Source: Nitrospinales bacterium
GTDB taxonomy: Bacteria > Nitrospinota > Nitrospinia > Nitrospinales > VA-1
NCBI GenBank assembly: GCA_965223345.1
Contig: CBDCWG010000012.1
Span: forward strand, 512,001 to 576,000
DNA: 64,000 bases
Direction: 5' to 3'
This document shows, one piece after another, positions 52,447 through 62,585 of the stretch (its first letter is position 1; each line of letters begins with the position of its first letter). The notes under the pieces are model-generated. The model worked only from the letters and a program-made list of their open reading frames with translations, was not told where the DNA came from and made no database searches. Both the position numbers and the translations under genes were made by a program.

Positions 52447-53262
52447 CTAAACAGAATGCGTGGGGATCGACTGGGGCCGGTTTTGCTCGGAACGGCGGGT
52501 TGTTTCGCTGGCGGGTGCTTTTTGCGACACGATGATGCGGTTGCGAATCGATCCCAAAAGCCAGCTCAATACGGGTTTGAGCGGAAGTTCTCGAAACAAC
52601 CGGGCGGCCCCGCCTCCCGAGTTCGACAGGTAAAACTGCATGGGTGCATCGAAATTGCCGAACACCTTCAGGGACAGCTCCCGGTAGTCGCCATTTTTCC
52701 AATAGGAAAGACCGTCCTGGCAGTAGCGATGATTGAGGTCGGCCACCTGCCTCCAGGGCAGTCCGGTCTGAAAGCCGTTGCGCACACCGAGCAGCGCCCA
52801 CAATTGCAGCCACCATTTGGGGCATCTGGGCCAAAAGCAGTTGGCCAGCGGCACAAATATATGCGGCTCGCTGGGCAGATAGTATTTCGCCGGGAACAGG
52901 TGGATCGAAACCCCTCCCCCCTTCAGTATCCTGCGGATCTCTTCAAAACACTGCCGTTTGTTTTTGGCGTGCTCCAACACCGAGATGCTGAAAACCACAT
53001 CGAACGTGTTGTCTTCGTAGGGCAGCCGGTAAGGATCCATGGGGATGGTTTTGAAGATTTCGTTCGGGACGGAGGGATTCTTACGCCACTTCTGTTTGAG
53101 GTCGCAACCGTAGGCCGCATACCCCAAATCCAGAAATTGCTTGACCATTTCTCCGCCGCCGCAGCCAAAATCCAAAACCTTCACTTTCGCGGGGTCTTTC
53201 CATCCGCATATTTTTTCGATATAGGTGTGAACGATCGGTGTGTGCCCGTGCGCTTCGCTCAA
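52447..53262 (-). CDS. Class I SAM-dependent methyltransferase
   Basis: 'VLDFGCGGG', 'LPYEDNTFDVVFS.SVLEH', 'RILKGGG'; TTG start with RBS GAGGAG. Confidence 0.88.
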   Translation of the reverse strand: MSEAHGHTPIVHTYIEKICGWKDPAKVKVLDFGCGGGEMVKQFLDLGYAAYGCDLKQKWRKNPSVPNEIFKTIPMDPYRLPYEDNTFDVVFSISVLEHAKNKRQCFEEIRRILKGGGVSIHLFPAKYYLPSEPHIFVPLANCFWPRCPKWWLQLWALLGVRNGFQTGLPWRQVADLNHRYCQDGLSYWKNGDYRELSLKVFGNFDAPMQFYLSNSGGGAARLFRELPLKPVLSWLLGSIRNRIIVSQKAPASETTRRSEQNRPQSIPTHSV

Positions 53263-53470
53263 TGATCTCTCCTCTCTAACCGGCTCGTGTTGTTCTGGGT
53301 TTAAGATAAACAGACGCGCCTGCCCTCACTACAAATGTATAGTTTCAGCGAAAAAAAATCCAAAATCAATTTTTCCACTTTTCGATTCGATCGCGAGCGA
53401 ACCCAGCCCCGTAAAACCGGTATAATAGGGTGCTATTTTAATGTGACGGTTGGATTTATTGGAGATCACG

Positions 53471-53914
53471 ATGGATGACCGGAACTATGCGGGGTTTTGG
53501 ATTCGAACCGGCGCCGCGCTCATTGACTCGGTAGCGATTTTACTGCTCATCGCGCCGGTGCTCACCGTTGTCTATGGCAAAGGCTACTGGTTCGACAATT
53601 CCCTGTACCAGGGCGTGTGGGACATCGTATTGAATTTCATTTTCCCTGCCGTCGCCGTGGTGCTTTTCTGGCTGTACCGCTCCGCCACCCCCGGTAAAAT
53701 GCTGACCCGCCTCGTCATCATCGACGCCCAGACTGGGAAAAAACCCACCACGGGGCAGTTCATCATTCGTTACTTAGGTTATTACGTTTCGATGCTGCCG
53801 CTTTTTCTGGGGATCTTCTGGGTGGGAATCGACAAGCGAAAACAGGGCTTTCACGACAAAATGGCAGACACCGTGGTGATCCGGGAAAACCCTCCCGAAT
53901 CGAAATCTGCTTAA
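53471..53914 (+). CDS. RDD family membrane protein
   Basis: 'YAGFWIR.GAALID', 'TPGK', 'KQGFHDKMADTVV'. Confidence 0.93.
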   Translation: MDDRNYAGFWIRTGAALIDSVAILLLIAPVLTVVYGKGYWFDNSLYQGVWDIVLNFIFPAVAVVLFWLYRSATPGKMLTRLVIIDAQTGKKPTTGQFIIRYLGYYVSMLPLFLGIFWVGIDKRKQGFHDKMADTVVIRENPPESKSA

Positions 53915-54020
53915 CCATCTGATTTCCATCAACCTACTACAGTTGTCATTGAGACGCGTTTTTATATCGGTTCTAGTCATACCTCTTTCTTACGTGTTCA
54001 AATATGAGTTTTTTTATTTG

Positions 54021-55080
54021 TCAAAAAAGGTTTTTGGATAAAAACTTTCCCAGTTCTCGATAGTATTGCTTGGACTCTAAACCATATTCTCCGTGCGAAG
54101 CTCCTTCATAAACATTGAGATCGGCCTAAATCCCAGCTATCTTTTATTTTCTGTGCGTTCGCACCACATCGCTCAAGAACAGGTCTCGGGTTCCAGTGAC
54201 GAGATAAGTTGGAAAAAATCCAGTGAAATCCCCATACACCGGTGAGATCAGCGGATTCTTCATATCGTGGTCGCCGGCAAACAACTTCGCGGCATCGGCC
54301 AACAGGCCATCGTAGGTCACAAGAATGCGGTCGATGCCTTCGTTCGTATAATGACTGTCCCCTGTTTTTGTCAGATCCGCCCACGGCGTTCCTGCGAACA
54401 GCGCGGCTGGGATGTCCAATCCGAGTTCGATCAGCTTGTGAGTCGATGCCAAGGCGAGACCGCCACCGGCGGAAGAGCCGCCCAATGCAATCGAGCGGGC
54501 GTGCCGCGTTTTTAACAGGTGCTTGTAAACCGCGACGACATCCTGCACTGCGCCGGGAAAAGGGTGCTCGGGTGGCATGCGGTAATCGATCGACAACACC
54601 GGTATTTTCACCTGGCTGGCGATCACCATGGCTTCGTGCACTCCCGCATAACCCCGGTGGAACACCGTGCAAATGAATAAACAGGTGCCTCCGATGCTGG
54701 GGAGTAATTCCTGCGGGAATCACATGCCGTACCGGAACTCCCGCAATCGTGTCTCTTGCCACCGTCCCTGAAAAACGCCTATCAAAGTTTTTTGCCGTTT
54801 TTTCCCCTATTGCGTTTGCGGCTTGGATCAAATCGATCCACATCGTTTCACTCTTTGGCGAATGCTGACGGGCTTTCGTGACATCGGGTGCGTGAGCGGT
54901 TGTGAGCTGCTGTCTGAGCGGCTCGCTCGCAGCAGCGGGCACCGGCACGGTTCTTTTTTGTAACGTCCAGGGCCGTTCCTGCAACCGAAAATGGTTGATG
55001 GCAGCGGAACCGACACTAAGAACGAATACGCCGACCACAACACACACCGCTTGCACTGTTTTTCTAATCGAATGACTCAA
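54021..55080 (-). pseudogene. Alpha/beta hydrolase (HSL-family esterase) pseudogene
   Basis: Frameshift at ~54665 inside the HGG motif; 'GSSAGG' retained; in-frame TAA (54144-54146) and TAG; reading continues 'ADLNVYEGASHGEY...ELGKFLSKNLF*'. Confidence 0.85.
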
Positions 55081-55105
55081 TCAGCTTGGGCTCGTTTTTT
55101 CACCA

Positions 55106-55144
55106 AAAAATAAAAGGCTGAACGCAATTCGTTCAGCCCCTTTT
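55106..55144. terminator. Rho-independent terminator downstream of the GH20 gene
   Basis: GGCTGAACG-CAATT-CGTTCAGCC flanked by A/T runs. Confidence 0.75.
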
Positions 55145-55222
55145 ATGCCTTCAACATCATCACAGCACATTCACAGGCAGGTCATGATTCTTAATGAGTG
55201 TGTTTTTATTTTTGAGCGAGGG

Positions 55223-57103
55223 TCATTGCGACGTTTTCCGAACATGCGGGAAGGGAAAGATGGGGTCCCAGTCTCCGATTGCAAAACTCTGAACGGCAAC
55301 CTTCCCCAATGGACTGCCATTGCGGAACAACTGCGCCCGAACTTCTCCCGTTCCGGTCAGGGGGATTCGCCCGTTGTAGAGGCTTGAGTACGCATTGGGC
55401 ATGCTGCCGTCCTGGGTGAAGCGGATTTGACTGTCCGGAACCTTGCTTCCAAGTGCAAGCGTGAGATGCCCGGCGCCGTTTGCCAGTGCAAAATGAACAT
55501 CATACAGGCTGCGAGCAACGTGGACGCCTGCTTTTTGCAGACGCGGTATGTGCGCATCCAGTCTCTGGGCAAAATTCCACCAATCTCTCATTTCTTTTGG
55601 CGACCACACGACTTCCGCAAGCGCCAGAGCACGGGGATACGTCATATAGTCCACGGCCGCGCCCGTCTTCATATACTCGGTCCAGACCTGCCCCTGAGCA
55701 CCCAGGATATGAGCGGCCTCTTTTTGGGAGAGGTCTTCCGGTACAGGTTCGAACGCGTAGACCTTCTCGATCGGTGTGTAGCCACCGATTGCAAGCGGTT
55801 CACCGGGGGAGTGCGACTGATAATAATCGAAGTAGGTGTGGCTGGAAGGGGTCATCACCACATCGTGGCCGGCTTTTGCGGCGGTGATGCCGCCACCCAT
55901 GCCCCGCCAGGACATGACCGTGGCGTTGGCTGCAAGCCCGCCCTCCATGATTTCGTCCCAGCCGATGATCGTGCGTCCTTTTGCGCTCACGAATCGCTCG
56001 ATGCGCTGGATGAAGTGGCTTTGCAGTTCCTTTTCATCTTCAAGGCCCTGCTGCTGGATCAGCGCCTGTGCAACCAAGCTGGCCTGCCATTGATCCTTGG
56101 GGGCTTCGTCGCCGCCGATATGGATATACGGACCCGGGAACAGGCCCATGACTTCGCTGAGCACATTTTCGAGGAAGCGGAAGGTCCTTTCATGCGGGCA
56201 GTAAATATCTCCATGCACGCCCCACTTTGTGGAAACGAAGATCGGTCCCTCATTGCAGGCAAATTCCGGATAAGCGGCGAGCGCGGCCGTCGAATGGCCC
56301 GGCATCTCAATTTCCGGAATGATCGTCACATGACGCGCCGCGGCGTAGCGCACGATCTCGCGGATTTCCTCCTGCGTGTAAAACCCGCCGTGCGGGGTGC
56401 TGTCAAAACGCAGGTGTTTTTCTGTGACCAGACCGACCAGCGTTTCGCTGCGTGTGCCGCCGACCTGTGTGAGGCGCGGGTATTTTTTTATCTCGATCCG
56501 CCAGCCCTGGTCGTCCGTCAGATGCCAGTGGAAGCGGTTGAACTTGTAGCGCGCCATTTGATCGATAAAGCGTTTGATGTACTCGGGCGGCAAAAAATGC
56601 CGGGCCACATCCAGCATCATCCCGCGATAGGCAAAGCGCGGCCGGTCGCGGATGACCCCCTGACGCATCCCCTCTCCCGTTTCCGGAATCAACTGCTTCA
56701 GAGTCTGTATCCCGTAAAAGAGTCCGGCGGAACTTTCTCCCGTGAGGACGATGCTCCTTTCCCGCACTTCCAGCTGATAGCCCTCCGGTCCCAATCCTGT
56801 ATCAGCCAGCACCAGATACAGGTTGCCTCTCACACCAGAGAGAAAGGGTTCCAGCGCATGCAGCGTTGGATCGCTCACTTGCACAGTGAGGGTTTCAGGA
56901 AGCACGTGCTGTTTCCCTTCGATCCACTGGACCTGCATGGGCATGGGAATGAGATCCGTATTGCCTGCAAACGAGGGAGATGCCACAAAAAGGATAAGAG
57001 TGACGAGCAAAGACAGAATTGGGGTGAACCGGCGCGAAAGCACCATTCCTCTTTTTCTGAAATGGGAAAATGAACTCTCCGGCTTTTTGAGTGGGGGTTT
57101 CAT
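55223..57103 (-). CDS. Beta-N-acetylhexosaminidase, GH20, exported, with C-terminal FN3-like domain
   Basis: 'PRFAYRGMMLDVARHF', 'HWHLTDDQGWR', 'PEIEMPGH', catalytic 'HIGGDE', 'WTEY'. Confidence 0.95.
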   Translation of the reverse strand: MKPPLKKPESSFSHFRKRGMVLSRRFTPILSLLVTLILFVASPSFAGNTDLIPMPMQVQWIEGKQHVLPETLTVQVSDPTLHALEPFLSGVRGNLYLVLADTGLGPEGYQLEVRERSIVLTGESSAGLFYGIQTLKQLIPETGEGMRQGVIRDRPRFAYRGMMLDVARHFLPPEYIKRFIDQMARYKFNRFHWHLTDDQGWRIEIKKYPRLTQVGGTRSETLVGLVTEKHLRFDSTPHGGFYTQEEIREIVRYAAARHVTIIPEIEMPGHSTAALAAYPEFACNEGPIFVSTKWGVHGDIYCPHERTFRFLENVLSEVMGLFPGPYIHIGGDEAPKDQWQASLVAQALIQQQGLEDEKELQSHFIQRIERFVSAKGRTIIGWDEIMEGGLAANATVMSWRGMGGGITAAKAGHDVVMTPSSHTYFDYYQSHSPGEPLAIGGYTPIEKVYAFEPVPEDLSQKEAAHILGAQGQVWTEYMKTGAAVDYMTYPRALALAEVVWSPKEMRDWWNFAQRLDAHIPRLQKAGVHVARSLYDVHFALANGAGHLTLALGSKVPDSQIRFTQDGSMPNAYSSLYNGRIPLTGTGEVRAQLFRNGSPLGKVAVQSFAIGDWDPIFPFPHVRKTSQ

Positions 57104-57370
57104 AAAGCCTCCCTAAAGGAATTGGAATTTTATTTAGGGCTTTATTCGGGTTTTTCTTTTAGAAAAACGAGGGTTGGGAAGCGATTGATGATCGGCCCGG
57201 ACAGGACCGGGAAAAAGAACTGCGGAACGGGAGGACTTGAAGCCCACCCGTTTTTTTCAATTTCAGGTTGCGATCGGCAAGCAGGCACTTGCCAAAGCTA
57301 AGTCATTATAAAAGAAAATTGTAACTTTTGTATATCGTTCGATCGGACTAATGTGCGCAGACAAAACGAA

Positions 57371-58558
57371 TCAGAGTTTCAAAAATATTCTTCTGTCATA
57401 CATGATCTTCAACGGAATGTAGAGCAGACCCAAAAACAAAACGGCAAACATCAAAGAGCCCTGGTAATTTCCCAAAAGGGGTTTGAGACCCTGTTCAAAC
57501 AACCAGCTTTTTAAAGTCGCCGTCCCGTCCACCTGAACCATCAAAAGCAATGCCGCACCCACTCCTTGCAGCATGTAAAAGGCGATGGCGTTCAAGCCGC
57601 ACACGGCAAACGGCGCCGACCACAAGCGCCAGCGTTTGATCTCCAACAGCCAGATCAGCAACGCCAGGCACAACGCCGCCAGGCCCGCGGTCAACAACAC
57701 GAACGTGGGCGTCCACAGGGTTTTGTTGACGGGCAACCAGCTGTGCAGCGCCTGTCCCGCAACCGCCGCGATCAGTCCCGCGACAACGAGCAAACTCGAT
57801 TTTCTCTTGTGGCCGATTCCCTCCTGCTGAACCCACGTCCCGGCCAGGGCGCCGAACAGACAGGTCGCAATGGACGGCATCGTGGACAACAGCCCTTCCG
57901 GATCGTAGACAAAAGGCATCGTGTTTTTATAATAAACGTATTTCGCTCCGAAGACCCAGGAATCCATGTAAGCGGGAAAGCTGTTGCCGTGTTCCAGCAG
58001 TCCGGAATATTGTTTCGACTCGCCGTAAGGCATGTAGAGAATCAGGACCGCGTAACCGGTCAACAGACCGAGGATCCAAAGAACACGTCCGCGCAATTGA
58101 AAATGCAGTACCAGCAAGCTGGTAAAAAAATAAACGATGCCAATGCGTTGCAGCACGCCCATGATGCGTACGTTGGGCAGCATATCGGTGAACCAGTTGA
58201 ACCCGGCCTGGTAAAAATTAAAGTAAAACAGATTCAAAAACAGTCCCAGCGCGATCAACTTGAGGGAGCGTACGGAAATATTTTTATACACCGACCAGTT
58301 CGCTGGACGTTGCCGATTTCCCGGTTCCAGCGCCATCACAATCGACATGCCGACGATAAAAATGAAAAAAGGAAATATCAGATCCGCCAGGGTCCAGCCA
58401 TGCCAACTGGAATGCAGCATGGGAGCGTACACATAACTCCAGTTGCCGGGATTGTTGACCAGAATCATGGCCGCCACCAGAGCGCCGCGAAACACATCTA
58501 CGGTCAGCAACCGACCGGATGGATACTGTTGGTGAACATTCGACAGATAATTGCGCAC
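57371..58558 (-). CDS. HGSNAT/NagX-like membrane acyltransferase family protein
   Basis: 'RLLTVDVFRG', 'MILVNNPG', 'H..WHG.TLADLIFPFF', 'GVLQRI', 'DPEGLLST', 'NKTLWT'. Confidence 0.9.
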   Translation of the reverse strand: MRNYLSNVHQQYPSGRLLTVDVFRGALVAAMILVNNPGNWSYVYAPMLHSSWHGWTLADLIFPFFIFIVGMSIVMALEPGNRQRPANWSVYKNISVRSLKLIALGLFLNLFYFNFYQAGFNWFTDMLPNVRIMGVLQRIGIVYFFTSLLVLHFQLRGRVLWILGLLTGYAVLILYMPYGESKQYSGLLEHGNSFPAYMDSWVFGAKYVYYKNTMPFVYDPEGLLSTMPSIATCLFGALAGTWVQQEGIGHKRKSSLLVVAGLIAAVAGQALHSWLPVNKTLWTPTFVLLTAGLAALCLALLIWLLEIKRWRLWSAPFAVCGLNAIAFYMLQGVGAALLLMVQVDGTATLKSWLFEQGLKPLLGNYQGSLMFAVLFLGLLYIPLKIMYDRRIFLKL

Positions 58559-59003
58559 GGTTGTGGAATACGGAGAGTGGTGCCGCTCAAGACAGAAATT
58601 TGGAATCGCTCCGCCTCGCTGAGCCGGTTGGCAACAGTCAGGTCGGATGGGATGCGTTCCGTTGGATGTTTCTTTTCTATATCAGGAGGCCGCGGACTGA
58701 CAGCCGTGGATCGTCAATGAATACAATACCGCTTGCGGATTGCCTGCTGATTGTGGCAATCGCTGGATACGTGAAGTTTTTGCAAACAATTGGATGTGGA
58801 TGCAGATCAAAAAAATTTTTATTGAGGTGACTCTTAAATTTGGCAGTGATGCCGGGGAAACTTTGAGTTTCAGGAAAGAAATAATTTACCGGAGCATTAA
58901 AGATGAATTCATGTAAAATTTCAATATAATTTCACAACCATTACCGCACAAAATAGTTCGCCGATCTCAGCCATGCGCATCGGACCATGCGCTCAAGATT
59001 TGT

Positions 59004-60773
59004 TTACAGCTTGTTCCAGTTTCGCCACAGAAACCACGCCGAACCACACGCAATGAAAAACAAAAACCAGGACAAGGTTGTGTGACCGTACAAGCCGTAG
59101 CCGATCGCGAATAAAAAACTGTAGACCGCAAGACACGCGACGCCCATACAAAGAATCGACAACGCCAGTTGCCCCCCCTGGGCGTCCGCCTGCAACACCT
59201 CTCCATCGGCCTGCGCTTCCCGGACCACGCGCCGCCAACCCGGCCCGGCCGGTTGGATCAAGCTATAGAACTTCCTCAGGGTGGCTTTGTCTGTGGCCGG
59301 CGCCAGCCAGGTGGCGGCCAGCCAGCCGGCTGTGGTCACCGCAATGCCCCCCACCAGTTTTTGCCATTCGCTCCAGCCCGGCAACTCCGCCAACTGGAAA
59401 AACAGCGCCGCGAGGAAGGACACCGCCATGGCCGCAATCTCGCTCCAGGCATTGATGCGCCACCAGAACCAGCGCAGAATCAGCAACAGACCGGTGCCCG
59501 CCCCGATCGACAGCAAGATATTGAAAACCTGTAAAGCGCTTTCCAGAAACAACGCCAGCGAGCAGGACAAAACCATCAGAACGACGGTGGAAAGCCGTCC
59601 GACCCGCACCAGCGTTTTATCGCTGGCCTGCGGATCGACAAAGCGCCGGTAAAAGTCGTTCACCACGTAGGAAGACCCCCAGTTGACCTGGGTTGACATC
59701 GTGGACATATACGCGGAGACGAGCGAGGCGACCACGAGCCCCAACAGGCCTTCGGGCAGAAAGGTGAGCATCGCAGGATAGGCGAAGTCGTGGCCGATCA
59801 CGCCCGGATCGACCTCGGGAAACGCCGCGACGATCGCAGCGGTGTCGGGGAACACCACGAGCGAGGCGAGCGCGACCAAAATCCAGGGCCAGGGTCGCAG
59901 GGCGTAGTGCGCCAGCTGGAAAAACAGCACCGCGCCCATGGCGTGCCGCTCGTTCTTCGCCGCCAGCATCCGCTGCGCCACATACCCGCCGCCGCCGGGC
60001 TCGGAGCCGGGATACCACACGCTCCACCACTGCACCGCCAGCGGAATGATGAACACAGTCAGGGCCAGCTCGGTATTGGAAAAATCCGGTAACATCGACA
60101 GCTTGCCGCTGACGTTCGGGTGCAGGATCAGATTCGCCAGGCCCCCCACATCCGGATGGTTGAGCGCCGCCCAGGCGGCAGCGATGGCGCCCAGCATGGC
60201 GATCGCGAACAACACCAGATCCGAGATCACGACTCCGACAAAGCCGCCCATGGAACTGAAGATCACCGTCACCGTGCCGGCCACGAGGATGGTCTCTAAA
60301 GGGCTGGTGCCCAGCATGACCGCGCCGATTTTGATCGCCGCCAGCGAGACGGTCGCCATCACCACCACATTGAAGAACACGCCCAGATACAGCGCCCGGA
60401 ACGCGCGCACCGCCGTTGCGGATTTGCCGCTGTAACGCAGCTCGTAAAACTCCAGATCCGTCATGACTCCGGAACGGCGCCACAGCTTGGCGTAAACGAA
60501 GGTGGTCAACATGCCCGTCAGCAGCATCGCCCACCAGACCCAGTTGCCGGCGACGCCATTGTTGCGCACGATATCCGTCACCAGCAGGGGCGTGTCGGCG
60601 GCGAAGGTGGTGGCCACCATGGACACTCCCAACAACCACCACGGCATATTGCGGCCGGAGAGGAAAAAAGACTCGGCGCTGCGACCGGCCCGTTTGCTGA
60701 CCACAGCGCCGATCGCCAGAGAAATACCGAAAAACAGGAGGATGATCAGCCAGTCGATCAACGTGAGGTGCAT
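59004..60773 (-). CDS. Sodium:solute symporter (SSS family)
   Basis: 'FFLSGRNMPWWLLGVSMVATTF', 'QRMLAAK', 'AYMST...NWGSSY'; many TM helices. Confidence 0.92.
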   Translation of the reverse strand: MHLTLIDWLIILLFFGISLAIGAVVSKRAGRSAESFFLSGRNMPWWLLGVSMVATTFAADTPLLVTDIVRNNGVAGNWVWWAMLLTGMLTTFVYAKLWRRSGVMTDLEFYELRYSGKSATAVRAFRALYLGVFFNVVVMATVSLAAIKIGAVMLGTSPLETILVAGTVTVIFSSMGGFVGVVISDLVLFAIAMLGAIAAAWAALNHPDVGGLANLILHPNVSGKLSMLPDFSNTELALTVFIIPLAVQWWSVWYPGSEPGGGGYVAQRMLAAKNERHAMGAVLFFQLAHYALRPWPWILVALASLVVFPDTAAIVAAFPEVDPGVIGHDFAYPAMLTFLPEGLLGLVVASLVSAYMSTMSTQVNWGSSYVVNDFYRRFVDPQASDKTLVRVGRLSTVVLMVLSCSLALFLESALQVFNILLSIGAGTGLLLILRWFWWRINAWSEIAAMAVSFLAALFFQLAELPGWSEWQKLVGGIAVTTAGWLAATWLAPATDKATLRKFYSLIQPAGPGWRRVVREAQADGEVLQADAQGGQLALSILCMGVACLAVYSFLFAIGYGLYGHTTLSWFLFFIACGSAWFLWRNWNKL

Positions 60774-61022
60774 GCCGTCGCTCTTCTCTGATAGAGATTT
60801 GAGCTAGCGACTTTACCCCGTTTCGATGGCATGTCCAATATTTTTGCACCCCATTCGGCGCAGCAAAGGACAGGGGTCCACCACGGAGTTGATATCTTTG
60901 GGCTTTGAAGAGGATGGGAAAGTGATGCCAAGGAGGGAGGCTGCTGAAACCGTTTGCAATGATCGGCAAAGGATTTCATTTTGCTCATTTCAGCATTATT
61001 ACATTGAATTGAGCAATGATTC

Positions 61023-61290
61023 TTATTTCATCTCCATCATCTGGGAAACGCGGATAGTTCCGCCATTCTCTAAAAACGGATCGGATTTTGCGATTGCAAC
61101 GGCGGCGTCCATATTTTCCGCCTGAACAACGGCGAAGCCTTTCATCGCATTAGGATCGTTATCCTCTTCAACGCCACTTGATGTTACAATTTTCAAAGCC
61201 GGCAACGGGGTTCCCGGATTGACGATCGCGTCACCGAGACCTGCTACCCAGGCTTTCCATTTTTCCATCTGAGCCATTCCCTCTTCAGAT
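61023..61290 (-). pseudogene. YciI-like protein, probably 5'-truncated
   Basis: 'EEGMAQMEKWKAW...GTPL...GFAVVQAENMDAAVAIAKSDPFL..GG.I.V'; expected N-terminal strand is replaced by opposite-strand carbamoyltransferase sequence. Confidence 0.65.
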
Positions 61291-61982
61291 ACCTGGACAG
61301 CGTCGGCGCCGCTTAGCACTTCCTGAAGGACAAGGAGTTGATGCCGCGGCTGGCGGAACTGCTGGCAGAGGAGAATGTGATCGGCTGGTGCGCCGGACGC
61401 ATGGAGTTCGGGCCGCGCGCACTGGGAGGCCGTTCCATCATCGGCGACCCCCGAAGCCGGAAAATGCAATCGGTCATGAACCTGAAGATCAAGTACCGGG
61501 AATCGTTCCGCCCGTTCGCACCGGCGGTGAAAGCGGAAAACGTGTCGGACTGGTTCGAGATCGAAACCGCAAGCCCGTACATGCTGCTCGTCGCGCCGGT
61601 GCGGGAAAGCTTGCGCATCCCGATGACCGAGGAGCAGAAAAACCTATTTGGAATTGAAAAACTCAACGTGCCGCGTTCGCAGATTCCGGCGGTCACGCAT
61701 ATCGATTACTCGGCGCGCATTCAGACCGTGCACGCAGAGACGAATCCCCGGTTTTACCAACTGCTCGATTCGTTCGAAAAACACACGGGCTGTCCGGTCC
61801 TGGTCAACACCTCCTTCAATGTGCGCGGCGAACCCATAGTCTGCACGCCTGAGGATGCCTACCGCTGTTTCATGCGCACGGAGATGGATTATCTGGTGCT
61901 GGAAAATTATCTGATCCCCAAAACCGATCAGCCGGAAAGGAAAGAGAAGGGTGACTGGAAAAATGAATTTGAACTGGACTGA
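61290..61982 (+). pseudogene. C-terminal fragment of a NodU/CmcH (SxtI-like) carbamoyltransferase
   Basis: 'GRMEFGPRALGGRSI', 'IKYRESFRPFAP', 'NTSFNVRGEPIV'; N-terminal domain absent; in-frame TAG at 61314-61316. Confidence 0.88.
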
Positions 61983-61985
61983 ACG

Positions 61986-62387
61986 ATGCAGCCCCAGAAA
62001 CTGACCGAACCCGAATTGCGGAAATTCGGTTTGACGACCGGGGCGATTGCCGCGGTGTTGTTCGGTTTGCTGCTGCCCTGGATCTTCGGCCACCGGCTCC
62101 CCCTTTGGCCGTGGTGCGTGGCCGGGACACTGTGGCTGCTGGCGCTGGTTTATCCCAAAGCCCTGCAGCCCATATATACGGTCTGGATGAAGATCGGTCA
62201 TGGGCTGGGCTAGGTGAACACACGCCTCATCCTCGGCATCCTGTTTTATGGGCTGATTTTGCCGATGGGAATGGTGATGCGTTTTTTTCGCAAGGACCCG
62301 CTGGCCCGGAAAATGGAATCCGACCTCACCACCTACCGGGTCAAAAGTAGAGTGCTCCCCAAACAACATATGGAAAGGCCATTCTGA
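61986..62387 (+). pseudogene. SxtJ-family membrane protein with internal amber stop
   Basis: 'ELRKFG..WMKIGHGLG*VNTRLILGILFY..KDPL..HMERPF'; TAG at 62211-62213, frame continues to TGA 62385-62387. Confidence 0.85.
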
Positions 62388-62539
62388 TGCTGGATCTGAT
62401 CAAAGATCTGTGGGCGTTCATGAAGGACAGAAAAAAATTCTGGCTCGCGCCCATCATCGTGATCATGCTGCTCATGGGAGCGCTGATCGTTCTTTCGCAA
62501 GGCTCCGCGGTCGCGCCTTTCATCTACACGTTGTTTTGA
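62387..62539 (+). CDS. SxtK-like (DUF5989) small membrane protein, 50 aa, absent from the ORF track
   Basis: MLDLIKDLWAFMKDRKKFWLAPII...GSAVAPFIYTLF; TGATG overlap with the upstream gene. Confidence 0.9.
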   Translation: MLDLIKDLWAFMKDRKKFWLAPIIVIMLLMGALIVLSQGSAVAPFIYTLF

Positions 62540-62585
62540 CTCCAGGCCGCTCGCCTGGGCCGTCTTCCCGGGAGAACGAAGCTAC

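Noticed and set aside
57276..57296. Sigma54 promoter upstream of the GH20 gene (minus strand TGGCAAGTGCCTGCT)
   Set aside because: GG-to-GC spacing is 9 nt rather than the required 10
61023..61469. 148-aa ORF as a single real gene
   Set aside because: Its first ~60 codons are the antisense of the carbamoyltransferase fragment
61314..62213. Programmed amber readthrough (two in-frame TAGs in adjacent genes)
   Set aside because: Each is one substitution from the expected Tyr or Trp codon, the upstream gene is also truncated, other genes here end normally in TAG, and no pyl genes are visible
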